A stretch of DNA of 64,000 nucleotides from Podarcis vaucheri (taxonomy: Eukaryota), in assembly GCA_965113315.1 (NCBI GenBank), contig OZ220369.1; one strand, written 5' to 3'. How positions within the stretch are numbered: position 1 is the first letter of the stretch; each line of letters begins with the position of its first letter. The notes beneath the pieces are model-generated. The model was not told the origin of the DNA, searched no databases, and saw nothing but the letters and a program-made list of their open reading frames with translations. This document shows positions 22,753-36,908 of this stretch, piece by piece. Made by a program: the position numbers and the translations under genes.

Positions 22753-23712
22753 CCTTCAGGCAGCCTGGACAAAAGGAAGGCACAAAGAAATGAGAGTTCT
22801 GATCACTTGGAATGCCTCACTCCAAGTGCATCAAGCAAAGGTGCTCTGTAGGGGCTTTCAGAGGCAAACATGATGTCAGAGATGATCTACCTGTTTGTTG
22901 TTGTTGCTAAAAAGAAGCTGCAAGGGGGTCAGTTTTGAGCAGCTGTGCAGGAAGCACAAAAAAGAACTGCTGTTAGCTATGGACAGACAGAACCATATAG
23001 ACATCATAGCTCCCTGTATATTCACATCTCAGCAGCAGATACAACTACTGGGGGGGGGGCTGGTTAGCCCCCTCCACCGCAATATGAGCTAACACACTGC
23101 TTTCAGCAAAAATAATAAAATGCTTCTGAGATGTCAGGTCTCTTTTGTCCCTCAGGTGCACCTGACCTTTTCAACCTTATGAAACACACACAGCTTGGTT
23201 CATCTTGTCTTCATTTTCCCTATATGCCCTTTTAAATCCAGAGTGATAAATATGGCATTGGAAACATTGCCATTAAAGAAGCAAAGAACCCCTATTAACA
23301 TCCAAACTCCGTTCAAAACACTAATCAGTTCAGACATTCATTTTCCAGGTTGCTAACCTTAGGTGACCTTTCCTGCAAGGAGGATCAGATTAAGCAGAAC
23401 TGCTCCAAAACTTAGGCATCTCAGTCCAGTTCCACTTGATGGGCCACATTATTAATCAACAACAAAAAAGTGTGTATGTGGAGAGGTATCTGTACTGTGC
23501 AAATCAAAGCCTCAGTTTCCCACCTCCTAAAATGGGAGGAAGGAACAAAGTGACTTAAATAAATAAATTAGGTGCAGTGAGACTGTTGGACTCCTGACTC
23601 CCAACAACTGCATCCAGCGTGGCAGCAGGTCAAGAATGATAAGAGCTCTCCTCCAGCAACACCTGGGTGGGGCACCATGTTGGCTGTCCCTGATGCACAG
23701 CATCGAACATAC

Positions 23713-23966
23713 CAATCCCCACTCCTGCTTCCCCCAAAGTCCAATGGAACATCATTAACCAGTGCTGTTGAGTCCAATGTCCAGCTATCCATGTTGAAAG
23801 TAATATAATCTTGTAGGTGCCTGTTTTACATGACCCCAGAACTGAGGATGGACCAAGAAGTGGTGGGATCTAGTGATGCCATGAATCATTCTCAAGATTC
23901 TGGCAAGAACTTGGACCATCAGCCCAGTGGTGTCACAATGAAGCATTTTCTGGCAAGGAACCTCTG
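23713..23966 (-). other. C2orf42: Candidate non-coding 5'UTR exon of C2orf42 containing uORFs
   Basis: Donor TTG|gtatgt at 23713; acceptor catcacag|cag with an upstream pyrimidine tract; lies between the CpG-island exon and the first coding exon. Confidence 0.4.
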
Positions 23967-25939
23967 CTGTGATGTTCCAGTGAGGTCATAAAGGGGGAAA
24001 GATGCATGCGAAATGTGCATCTTGCCACTAGCCCTTGCATTCTCAGATTGAGTGAGAGGAATCCTAGGAAGTCACAAATATTGGGACTCACTGCTGCTGC
24101 TGCTGGAAGGCAAATATTGATTTGGGGACTGCTCTCTCTCTCTCCCGATCTCTGTCAATAGTGAAGGAGGAAAGGACTGATCAGATTCTGCCTAGGTCAA
24201 GGTCCAGTGGACAGGCAGGCAGGCCCTTTTCCCACTTAGAAGCATCACCCCCCACACCCCAGGTGCACTGTCGCTTCCAGCCTACTTTTGGCTCTAAGGG
24301 ATGCCTTGCATTTCAGATTATTCACGACACATCTCAAACTATAAACAAATGCAGAATTATGAAAATAAACAAAACTCTTCAATAATTAATACAAAAGGGT
24401 GAATTCAAGGAGGAGGCAATCATTTAATTATTTTCTTTATATCTCACCTTTTTTTTCTAAGGAGCTCAAGGTGGCATATATGGTTTCCCCTCTCCTCATT
24501 AATCCCCACAACAACCCTGAGAGGCAGGTTAGACTGAGAGGCAAGGACTGGTCCTAGGTCATGCCAAGTGAGCTTCCTGAGAGAGTGGGAATCTCCAAGA
24601 TCCTAGTCAGTACAGAGGGCTGGATGGAAAGCCCCTAAATCTCGATCCCTAAGCCACACCAATCTTGAGCTACAGCACTGAAAAACTGCAAAATGCTCAC
24701 CCTACCTGATATGAGCCACTAGGAGGTCTTAGAATGTGGCTGTAGATTTGCTGTCTCAATCCCCTCAACCCCATTTAGGATTGCTCTGCCCTGCCCCAGT
24801 ATCTGCCAGGACTCATAAATATTCATTTTTTCCTCCCACCATTCCATGGTTCCAAGAAGTCCTCCTATTTCATGAACTATTCCACAGTCCATCAAGTTGT
24901 CTGTTCGCCTGCCAGCCAAGTGATCATTAAAATGAGAGAGTTCAGAGCTGGGAGAGTGGCAGTTTTTTTTTTAATCTTTTGCCCACTCTCCTCCAGGCAC
25001 CAGAGAGCAGCACACACAGTTCTCCTCTTACCTATTTTATTCTCAGAACAATCTTATGAGGTGGGCTACATTGAGAGAGAACAACTGGCCAAAGTCACCC
25101 AGGCTGATGTCCTAACCTGATCACCACCAGATGTTTTGGACTACAACTCCTAGCAGTGGAAGCTTAGCCATGTGATTCTGGGGCTAATGGAAGTTGCGGA
25201 ATGGTGCTCTAACCACTACCTAACAGTCTCCAATGTATTATTTGCACAGGTTCAAACCAATTCACATATTTTGTTGTGAAACTTGCAAAGGTTCCCAGCT
25301 CTTTAGCTAAGTCATCACATAGTGTTCCTTTGCAAGTAGTACTGCTGAAACAACACAACAAACCAGAAAGCAGTGATTCAGGCATTTTTAAGAACATAAG
25401 AGGAGTCTGCTGGAAGCCGCCCAGAGTGGCTGGGGCAACCCAGTCAGAATGGGCAGGGTACAAACAATAAAATCATCGTCATGGTTGTTATCATCATCAG
25501 GCCAATGGCCCATGCAGTTCAGCACCCTGCTCTCACAGTGGCCAGCCAGATGCTTGTGGGAATCTGCGGCGAGCAGGATCCGAGCCCAGGAGCAGCCCTC
25601 TTCCCTCCTGTGGTCTCCAGCAACGGGTACGCATTGTTGCCTTCCAGGGCGGCAGCAGCAGAGCAGAGCCAGCCTGGTGAATCGGGGCAGCGGCTTTCTG
25701 CCCTCTGGCCGCCGTGTGCAGCCCCCCAGCAGGCGGTGGCAGGGGCGAAGGACACTCACTTGGACAGAGACCGGGCAGGGAGGGAGGCGAGGAAGCATTC
25801 GTTCCCTTCACAAAGGGAAAGCGCTCCTCGCGCTCAGGGGCCCGTGGCCCGTGCGAGCTTCTTCAGGGAGGCAGGAGAAAGCACTCTGCCCATGTTCAGA
25901 GGCACCCTGCCTTCTCAGAAGCCAGACTGCGTTTGGAGA

Positions 25940-26640
25940 AGCAGAGAGAGGCGGCCCCACGGCGGGGCATCCCTCCTGCCCGCTTGGACGCGCAGCTCAG
26001 CCGGCCCGAGAAGCGGCCATCCTCCGACCCCGCGCTTGACACCTTCCGCATGGCGTCACCAGCAGCAGCTGCGCGACGTGCGGCGATGACGTCACGGGCC
26101 GGCAGCGGCCGCGCCCCCTCCTCGGTCGCATGGCAACCGCGGGCGGGAGAGGTGAGGCCTAGGCCAGAGAGTCTCCCTCCAGCCCGCCCAACGTCACTTC
26201 CTGCCGCTCCCTCCGCAGCGGGCGCGCAGCAGGACCCTTCCCCTTCCCGCCGAGGCCCCCGCCGCGTCGCCTTTTACCTGGGCTTTTTACCTCCTCAGCC
26301 TCGGGCCCCAGCCGGGCGGGCGGCCGGCGGAGGAAGTCGGCGAGCGGCCTCCGCCATGGCTCCTTACAAACGGTTCGCGGGTCCCGTCTGTAAGAGCGGC
26401 TCCCATTGGCGCAGCGGAGGCGCCGCTGGCTCGCGAAGCACGACGGGAAACGCAGTCCTGCTGCCTCCCAGGGTCGCGGAAGTCCCGCGCGGGGCTCCTC
26501 CTTATGTAAAAGGACCCGAGAGCTCGAGGGGAAAGGATGGGGGGAGGGGGATATGAGGCGGAGGCGTCAGGGCTGCGCTTTATTCCTTACAGGCGTAGCA
26601 CGAAACTGCACCTACCTGGCTTTTGGGGCAGCGCTGGCTT
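25940..26640 (-). promoter_or_regulatory. CpG-island promoter and first exon of C2orf42
   Basis: CpG-dense; CRE TGACGTCA at 26087-26094; ETS/CRE-like acgtcacttcctg at 26191-26203; ZNF143-like site at about 26439-26458; gtaaaa donors near 26290 and 26278. Confidence 0.75.
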
Positions 26641-26856
26641 TGCAACTAGGTCTCGCCTAGTTTACTTCATGTTCTTTCGTGTTAAGAATGCACTTGAAGC
26701 GCGGCTAGGATGCCCCCTTGCGATTCCCTCGCAGAGGTGAGCCCTTGCACGCCTTTAAAGGACGGCTCTCTCCGTTTTCTCCCTTTGAGGCTGGGTGACT
26801 AGCACCGAGGCAGGATGTCAAACAAGCTTGAGGAACCTACTTACTAAAGTGGCAAT

Positions 26857-27312
26857 TGTTGTTTTGTCGTGTCCGACTCTTCATGACCCCCTGGGCCAGA
26901 GCACGCCAGGCCCTCCTGTCTTCCACTGCCTCCCGCAGTTTGGTCAAACTCATGCTGGTAGCTTCGAGAACACTGCCCAACCATCTCGTCCCCTGTCGTC
27001 CCCTTCTCCTTGTGCCCTCCATCTTTCCCAACATCAGGGTCTTTTCCAGGGAGTCTTCTCTTCTCATGAGGTGGCCAAAGTATTGGAGCCTCAGCTTCAG
27101 GATCTGTCCTTCCAGTGAGCACTCAGGGCTGATTTCCTTCAGAATGGATAGGTTTGATCTTCTTGCAGTCCATGGGACTCTCAAGAGTCTCCTGCAGCAC
27201 CAGAATTCAAAAGCATCAATTCTTCGGCGATCAGCCTTCTTGATGGTGCAGCTCTCACTTTCATACATCACTACTGGGAAAACCATAGCTTGAACTATAT
27301 GGACCTTTGTTG
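26857..27312 (-). mobile_element. BovB (RTE) LINE 3' fragment
   Basis: ORF 26837-27352 encodes VFPVVMYESESCTIKKADRRRIDAFEFWCCRRLLRVPWTARRSN; (CAA)n tail; near-TSD aaagtggcaat/aaagtggtaat. Confidence 0.92.
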
Positions 27313-28095
27313 TAAAAAAAAAAGTGGTAATACCACTTGGCGGCAACTGCAAAGCCTCAAGAGTGAAATTTATTGAGAGGAAATGAGCAGTAGCTGCATG
27401 GGTTGCTGGAGGCAGTGAAGGCTTCTGTTCAGGATGTAGCCTTCTTTGGGTCTAGGTTCTGAAGTTTCCAGGAGGCTGCACACCAGAAATACCCCTTAGG
27501 AAAGGCTCCAGAGAATATGAGCCTTTGGTTGGTTGGAGCTGCTTCTATTTCATAATATGCCACAACTCCCCATTTTCTATGAAGTGGTTGATGATGAGTC
27601 AGTCACCTCTCTGAAAAATATGACCTTATTACATTTGCACAGGATGGTCAGCAAACAAAGCAATGTGTCACTGAAGAGTTCACCCAGGGTTGAAAAAACA
27701 CAACCTGTCCAGTGTGAAGTAAAGATGCTGCAATCAAAAACCAAAGGAGTTATGGGTTTGGACATTCACCTCTATGCCTGGTGAGAGATGCTCAAGGAAG
27801 AATTGCAGGCAAGTGCCAAACGCCCACTCTTTATTTCTTAAAACACACAAGAGAGGTGGTGAAATAAGGTCTCAACAGCCCTTCAATTGATTAGGATGGC
27901 TACCCAAGACACTGGTTGCTCTTGCTAAGGCCGCCTTCAGAGTCACATCACCCAAGAGAAAAAGGCTGGCAGGTAATTTAGACTTGGCAACTCAAGAGAC
28001 CTTTTCCAGTTCCACTTTTCTCCCAAACCTGTGCTAGAATATCTGAACAGTAAAGTAAACAAAAGGTTAAGGATGAAATACGCAAGCTCACATCT

Positions 28096-28101
28096 TTTAT
28101 T
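28096..28101 (-). terminator. Probable distal polyadenylation signal of TIA1 (3'UTR about 2.75 kb)
   Basis: AATAAA on the minus strand at the end of a long U-rich, repeat-poor stretch. Confidence 0.5.
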
Positions 28102-30851
28102 AACATCTTAATGGCTTTCAAAAGTCACGGCTTCTGGAGTGAAGTTCTTGAACTTCTAAACACAAGTATCAAAATACATTAGTTCAAACGAAGCTTTCAA
28201 TGTTCATACAGAGACAAAAATGGGCTGCTACTTTTAAAAACAAAATAACCCAAAAACAATACCCCAGGCAGCTTTATCCTCCTTTGTTATCTGTATGGGG
28301 CATTACTCTCGTTTACATTTACCGTATTTTAAGAAGACTCCCTTTTAAAACTGAAAGGCTGCTTAAACTAAAAACAAGATGGAAAAGGGCAATAGTGAGA
28401 GAAAGAAATAGGCTCAAATGCTTCGCCCACATTTTTTTGTAGGACCACTGGAGAAGTTACAGCAGAAGAGGCTGACACTTGGTAAGCAACTAGTTTTTAA
28501 TGTGGCTTATGTAGCAGAAGTGACCTCCAGAAAAATATGAAAAATCCTAGTCAGAAGTAGCTTAGCAGTAACAATTGTATAACTGGAAGGGCCTCATCCA
28601 TTCATTTTCTTAAAGCATTTCTAAGTCTGAGGAACTTTAGAATTTTAAGCCTTTAATTATGCTTAACAAAAACAACCTGAAATTCATGTCTTTCCTGGGT
28701 TCCCAAATGGAAAGTAGGGGACCAGCACTGACATAATACTAAAAGCCTTGTTTGTGTGTTTTTTAAACTAGGCAACAGTATCTCAGACAGTTCTAGTGAC
28801 AGGAATTTTATTTAAGACAACTAAACCTGGGCAGTTCTATTGCTGAAAATACACACATAGAAATTCCAGTGCGGCACCAAACTCACCTCAAACCTATTCC
28901 TGTCCTCTTTTGAAAGAATTGTACAGGCAGAGGTGGTAAAAATAATTTTAAAGATATGTTTATGCAAGTTTAAAAGGCAGCAAGGAGGCAGAAATAAGAG
29001 TGGTCTATGAGTTAAAGGTGTCTTTTCAGTATACTTCACCTTTTTAAACATATGGGGGGCCAGACCCTGCTTTCAGGGTAAAAACTGGTTTTTGATTGTT
29101 GTTTTTTACAGCCAGGTTTCACTGAACTCAAGCCATCTGGTTCTGCTTTCTTTACAGAATTCCAGTTGTTAAACAGAGTCAGGGACAAGAGTTTCTCAAG
29201 AGTCACCATAAGTTTTCTTTTGTCTTTTCCTCTACCCCCTCCCACTGCAAATTATATTCGTAGCAAACTTTCAAATTTTAGAACACCATTCACACCCAGC
29301 AAATCATGGAACACTCCCCAAAGGTGAGGGGCTGAAATCAAGACAAATAGGATTTTAACATCTCCAAAGCCAACACTCTATCATAGGGTCACTTATTTCC
29401 ATAAAACACATTTGTCATAGGACACTCCATATATCATAAACTCAATAATCCCTTGATACATTGCTCCACTACAACCAATGCAGAATAAAAAGCATACACC
29501 TCCATGGGCCCAGACATTAACTGGGATAAATAAATATTACACCTAGGGGTAGCTTTCTTTTTTGCACTCTCTGAAGGCTAAGTCAAGGAGGTAGGATAGC
29601 AAGGTTTTTTTTGGCCTCTGAACAATTAAAAATGCTTAATCCAGCTGGTCCTTCAGGCTTAACCGGAGCATTCCTCATACTCCTGGCCTGATCCGCACAA
29701 TGCTACAAGTTATCAGAGCTCTACCTGTACATGCTAAATCAAGTCAAATTTACTCCACTTGAGTAAGAAGTTGCTAAGACCAATGTATTCTCTACATATT
29801 TGAAAAATGAGAGCATGACTGGTGTATTCAAAATCTAATAATGTATTTGATATTCACATGCAAAAAGCCAAAGTTTAGAATCATACTTGTTAAGTCACAT
29901 AGACCTCTCTGCCTTTTACCCTTTCAAAGAAGGAGACATACAAAAGCTGACCAACTTTTGTGAAAAATATTAATTTGCTAAAATAGTTTACATGGTATAG
30001 GATACATGTAAATGTAAAAACTGAGAGATTTAGAAAAGCTGGTTCACTAGAATGTGTCACATTTTTAATAATATCTGAAACTGGGTTGAAGTTCATTGGT
30101 GAAGATCTTTGCACAAACCCAACAGGGATTTCCCAGGCACCTTCTCACGTCTAACAACAGGAAGAGTTGGATCCGTTGGAGAGCTCTGAACAACTACTGC
30201 TGCCAACCACCACTTCCCACCGCCACCCCCATTTAATAATTTAACAGCTGACAGTAAGGCAAAAATCACTTTTTGAAAAATGTCTAGATACAAAATAATG
30301 TAAACCAATAAGTTATATTTGAAACCCCAGTATAACAAAAGTGAGGAGATGGGACACTTTATACAATAGGCTTTCTTTAGAACAGAATTGTGCACAAGCT
30401 GAAGATCACAATAAACCTTCAGAACTCACACAGTTTTGGCGTGTTTTGTTTTTGTACAACTCTTCATATACATTTTCAGTCATACTAGGAATGCAACTAG
30501 AACTGCACACTACTTCAGTGGAAAAAAGTTTGATATTGTGCAATATTCTGCCCCAATCTAAAAGTGGCAGAAATCCCTGCATTAGTTGTGTTTCAAACAA
30601 GGATCTTAAGAAACACATCTCAAAAGAGGAAAAGAAGGCAAAAGTTGGCAGATATCCAGCATCTAGTATTTCCTGTGTGTGTGTTTTTTAAAAAATGTGG
30701 ACAACATAGTTTCATGATTAAAAATAAATACTGACTTTTGCACTGACTTGATTGGATAGGTTTTTTTTAAGTAAACAAAGGGTTTTACAATGCTCCATAT
30801 ATAGCCTCAAAGCCACCAGTTGTTCTATTCCAGAGTCTTTCTCTGTTCCTC

Positions 30852-30999
30852 TCACTGTGTTTCAAAACCTGCCATTCGATATCCAGTTTGACTAGTTAGA
30901 ACGCTTCCATTTTGCCCCTGGGGTGGGGGCGGCGGCGGTGGAGGCGGGGGCGGCACACCATAATTTGCACCCATCCATGCTGCAGAAGACTGTGTCTGA
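30852..30999 (-). CDS. TIA1: TIA1 exon 13 ([16 protein letters not shown]11-QGQNG...GFETQ*)
   Basis: ttcag acceptor; TGA ends at 30852. Confidence 0.95.
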
Positions 31000-31463
31000 C
31001 TGAATGAAAAAGGAAATGAAATAAAGCTTAGAAAGTTTACACAGACATAATGAACTGGAATCAAGACAACAGTGAATGTCAAACCAAATATTTTATCACT
31101 TTATCCACCACCACTAGTCCAGGCCCACAAAATTAAACCACACAGGATGCCTTCAGAAATTCATTCCCGCTTTCTGCACCAAATAAACAATGTACAAAAT
31201 AATTTCCAAGATATATGAAGATAGATTAGTTTGAGTGACCACTGACTTCTATCATTCTACACACATCAATGTGGATCAAAAGGGTCTATATTTTGCTTAG
31301 AAAGTACACAGAACTGCAAGTCCAATGGCCTGTTTCAGAATTCAACATAATATGGTCCAGATGAGAAGTTTCAGAATTAAAGCCTTGTTTCATGACTGTG
31401 CAGTTATATTCGTTCTGAAAAAGGTTCCTTGGCACAGAGCCTGTACAAAACAGCAAACACTTA

Positions 31464-31622
<159 letters not shown>

Positions 31623-32657
31623 TTAAACAAAGTTAGTACATTGGTACAGGGAAGACACACGAAGGTGGATGGTTTTCAGTTACACTGCCACATGCCCCTT
31701 TGCCTTTGGCATCCTAAAGCTCATGTTATCACAAACACAGAAGTGTTTTAGTTCGTACAACAAAGCTCATTCCAAAGACTCGTACGGACTGTATTTCACA
31801 ACATAAAATAATTAAATCATACCATGTTGGGGAGCTGAAGAATTTGTTATTTGTTCGATAGGAAACTCAACTGTAGGAGTCAGTCAGACCGGTGGTACAT
31901 CAGTGGCACAGCTGCTCTGACATTGGCCTCAGGCAGAGCCAGTGTCAGAGGTAACAGAAAATAAATCGGGGATCTTACAGATGCAAAATATGTTCTCTAC
32001 CATTAATTTCTGGCCCTCTTATGGGAAAACAATTGTAAGAAAGCTAAACAGCTAAATTTTCAGGCAGCGCAGTTAAACTGTGGAACTCGCTCCTGCAGGA
32101 GGTAGTGATGGCCATCAATTTGAACAGCTTTAAAAGAGGATTAGACAAATTCATTGAGTAGGTGCCTATCGATGGCCACTAGCCCTGATGGCTATGCTTT
32201 GCTTCCTACAGTTCTGAATACCAGTTGCTGGAAACCACAGGAGGGGAAAGGGCTCCTGTGCTCAAATCCTGTTTCCTGGTTTCCCATATGCATCTGGGTG
32301 GCCACTTTGAGAAGAGGATGCTGGACTGGATGGGCCACGGACCTGATCTAGCAAGCTCTTATTATGCCATCATAACTTTTGCTGCCCACAAAAATACATT
32401 TATAACTCTAGCTTGTGCTTGGGTATCTCTGCAGCACAAGCAGGGGCTTGGACCACAAAAGCTAAATTAGGTAACTGAGGCACCAAGCTTCGGTACTCTC
32501 CCACTTATTTCTATACAGCACGCCACCTCCACTCCCCATTTTCCAAAAAAGCCAAGTTTGTGTCAGTGCTATAGCAACAGTACACACACCTTAGGATGTG
32601 TTGCTAGGTCTGTGGTTAACCCTAGGATTATTTTCCTTAAATCCTTTTAAATTTATA

Positions 32658-32981
32658 CAGTGGTGCCCCGCAAGACGAATGCCTCGCAAGACGGAAAACT
32701 CGCTAGACGAAAGAGTTTTCCGTTTTGGAGGTGCTTCGCAAAACGAATTTCCTATGGGCTTGCTTCGCAAGACGACAATGTCTTGCGAGTTCCTGCTGGT
32801 TTTTCCCCCTCCCCCCCTTTTTCTAAGCCGCTAAGCCGCTTATCAGCTGATCCGATCAGCAGATAAGACGCTAAAAGCGCTAATCCGCTATTCCGTCAAT
32901 GGGCTTGCTTCGCAAGACGAAGAAACCACTAGACGAAGAGAATCACAGAACGGATTCTTTTCGTCTTGCGAGGCACCACTG
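32658..32981 (+). mobile_element. Tc1/mariner-superfamily MITE (324 bp), same family as 16212-16978
   Basis: Same TIRs, TA TSD, (aagccgct)-type interior. Confidence 0.88.
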
Positions 32982-33213
32982 TACTTTTATTCCAAGAGTT
33001 CCACAGCACAAGAGAGCACAATAACTGAAGAAAGATCAACACATTATCTAATGACCTTTTACACCTCCAGCCCCTATCATTTGTGTATGTTTTACAGTTG
33101 GATCCCATGTTAAGCAACATGTGGGAAATGATGCATATAAATGAAATGAACAACCAGTAAAGGGATTTGTGGTCTAACTATTTAGAATGAAGAAATCTAC
33201 CAGAACAGAATTA

Positions 33214-33405
<192 letters not shown>

Positions 33406-34011
33406 TCAATAATACAAAATCCCATCAAACAACCAAGTAATACAAATCCCTCTCACCAAAAATCCATCCAACAATTCATTTCAAGGGATAATCTATCCAA
33501 TATTGCAAGCCCACCGTATGTAGATCCTTCACAATGTATGACATATGCACAAGGCACATCTTCGGGGAGGAAGGGCAGGATATAAATTCAACAGGTAAAT
33601 AAGTCAAGAAACTTGTGAGGGCTCCAGGGAAAATTGCAGGCCTGATACATTGGGCTGCTCAGCAATCATGGCATAGCAGGTGCAAGGCTTTTGTCTTTGT
33701 GCAAGACAATGCCTTCCAGAAAGAGAATGAAGGTGGCCACCATCAGCCGCCCCTCCATTAAGCTGCTGTATTAGGAGTCAGAATACTGAGAAAAGAACAC
33801 CTGAGTAGCAGCTGTGATGTCAAAATCAGGGGCAAAACACCCAACAGCCCCAAGACACACAAATGAAAGTTTTATGTGAATGTTTGCAGGTTCCTGTTTC
33901 TTAGAAATAATCAACATGAAGGACAGGACACTGGAAGGAGTACACTTTAAGTCACAGTTTCAAAAAGGGATTGCAATACTTTAAACTGTACACTGTGGCA
34001 TGGGCTTGCTA

Positions 34012-34137
<126 letters not shown>

Positions 34138-34219
34138 TCAGAAGACGGAAATAAGGATGTCAGGATATGGAGTTAGGGACAAGTTCTGAAGGCTACTAAA
34201 AACTCATGAAGTGCCATAC

Positions 34220-34315
34220 CTGTTAGCCCTGAAGTAACACCTCCACAGTACACTGTGCAGTTGCTTGGACTGGACTGATTCACAACATCATCATAGGATA
34301 GTTGTTTGGCGTTTG
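34220..34315 (-). CDS. TIA1: TIA1 exon 9 ([31 protein letters not shown])
   Basis: Splice sites present; 96 nt. Confidence 0.95.
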
Positions 34316-34661
34316 CTGTTTGGGGGAAAAAAGTTTACACAAGTCTCTAATTTGCCCACAAATAAAAAACCCAAACATTTGTAGAAAGAATTGGCTGTCC
34401 ATTCCCCACAACTACCATGGCTTATGTTTTGCAATATATAAGTACTGTTTCAATTCACAGCCACATTCTGCCCCAAAGGCTTACAATTCTATGTGGCCAG
34501 GGCTCCTGTCCCTGAACAATTTACAATCAAAACCTGCTTGTAAGGTGTTCCACCGAAACAAAATTCTATTCAGAGCATCAAACTCACCACCTAATGGGAG
34601 GCAGCACATCAATTAAATATATTGGCTAGCCCTAGACTGTCAGTTCTAAAAGCTTATTCTA

Positions 34662-34820
<159 letters not shown>

Positions 34821-36797
34821 CTACAGAGAAAGCAAAACACTTTCAGAAAGCAGCTCTGTAAGAAAGAAAACTACTAACAATGCTAATTTATAGAAAAATA
34901 TTTGTTTCAATTACAGAATCACTTTACTACACAAAGGCTGCAAAAGCATCAGATCAACAATTATATGTGGTCTCTTTAAATTTGCAAAAAAAATAATACA
35001 AAAAAACCTCCAAATACAAAGGCAGCTTACAAAAGGCTGTTCTGTGAATAGCCCTTTTGTCCATAAATTTTCTCCAGATGCTCCAAGTACTTCATTATGC
35101 AAATGAATGCTAAATGGCAAATGAAAATAGAGACAAAAGGTGCTTCCAACAACCAGAAAGTTTTATTCATGTGGATCCATTGTAATAAAGTAACCTAAGT
35201 CAGTGCCATTTTGATATAAAAAATACCAACTTGCAGGTATAAAAATATGAAGCTCTATCATTCACAGGTAATCAGCTATCAAATTCTGAAAGACTACAGT
35301 TAGACTCCAAACCTAAATAGTACTCATTATGTGAATTTTCCTATTGTGCTCCAAGAACCTGCAGCTCCATGCATGGCCATTTAGGGCCAAATTACACATG
35401 CGGGGCAACTGCGTATATGCTACTCCGATTTAGTCTGATCTCATATATAATGGGGTTAAGATGGTCTACTCTCCACATAAAAAGGAGCATGGGGGTGTGG
35501 AAGCAAAGCTCCCCACTCTCAGTTCCTTTGCCTTACCTTACTACACTTCCAGCAGTTTTCTCTCTGGGCGGCTGGTATCAAAGCAAGGCTCGGGGAGAAA
35601 CTGCTTATAAGCAGCAGAATGTAAGGTGGGGGAAGATTTTACTTTCCTGCTTCCCCACATTTGTGTAAAGAGTACCCCCAACCATGCTCTGTATATGAAT
35701 GGGTCAAACAATTGTTTTAACATGTGGCAATTCTGCCTCCCCTCAACCAATCTTAGCTGTAAGGAAAAGTGAACTGTTACTACAGTTTTAGTACACTTTA
35801 AGCACAGTACGTTAGGGCATGTGTTCCACAAATGGAGAACAAAGGCTGAGGTTTTCTGACTGTAACCACCTCCCAGAGAGAGATCAAAAGGACAGAGGCA
35901 CATGCACTGGCTCCTAGATGGAGAAACAAATGATCTAACTCAGAAACTCACTGCTCTTGAGAAAGTTATGCTGCTGCAAACCATTTAAGACATAGAGAGG
36001 TGATAATAACTTTTGTAGATTTTTACTACCACAAGGTGATATGACTGAAAGATATCAATAGCAACTATTTTAGCATTTCAAGTTAATGTGCACTTCCATT
36101 CATTAAGCTTCATTCAGTATTATTGGCAGAATATTTTCAATTAGCTCTCTTAAGATAAAAGCAAGATTTAAAAGTGTCATATGTATTAAAGATGCACCAT
36201 TTAATGGAACTACATACAGTACAAAAAAAAAAGTCCTGACAGTGGGAAATGTAGTCTCAGATGTTTTCCCTTTACAAAAATCTTGCTCACAAAATAAAAG
36301 TATCTTCAAGATGCTCTTATATTTACTTTAATGTAAATAAAAAACTATACAATCCAAGAGCAGTTAACAGAAATCATCTAAAGAGATTCTTATTCAGCCA
36401 TTTTATAGGATGATCTTAAGCTGCCCTGAGTATGCTGATTGTTACACCAGCACATAACTATTTAATACTTGCAGATCATTAGAATTTATCAGTGATTGCA
36501 GAAACAAGGGTAAGACTCTGGTACCATCTCCCTCCAAGGAAGAATAGATCAACTAGCCCCTAACAGGATTCAGATGCCCAGTAACCCCCATCTGGCATCA
36601 TCAAACCCAACTCCATCCTCTTTCTTTCCCCATCCAGTCCTCTTTCCTTTCCTTGTGATTCTTATATTTTAGATTGCAAGCCTGAGCACAGGATCTGTAT
36701 CTTATACTGAGTTAACTTGCCAAATTAGTTCAGAACTCTAAGAACTCAATTAGAGTCTGGCAATGTTCATTTCTGGAAGAAGGGTTCTTAAGAATCA

Positions 36798-36908
<111 letters not shown>

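Noticed and set aside
25449-26660. Several long overlapping ORFs (196-280 aa)
   Set aside because: Stop-poor CpG-island and repeat sequence with no recognisable protein features.
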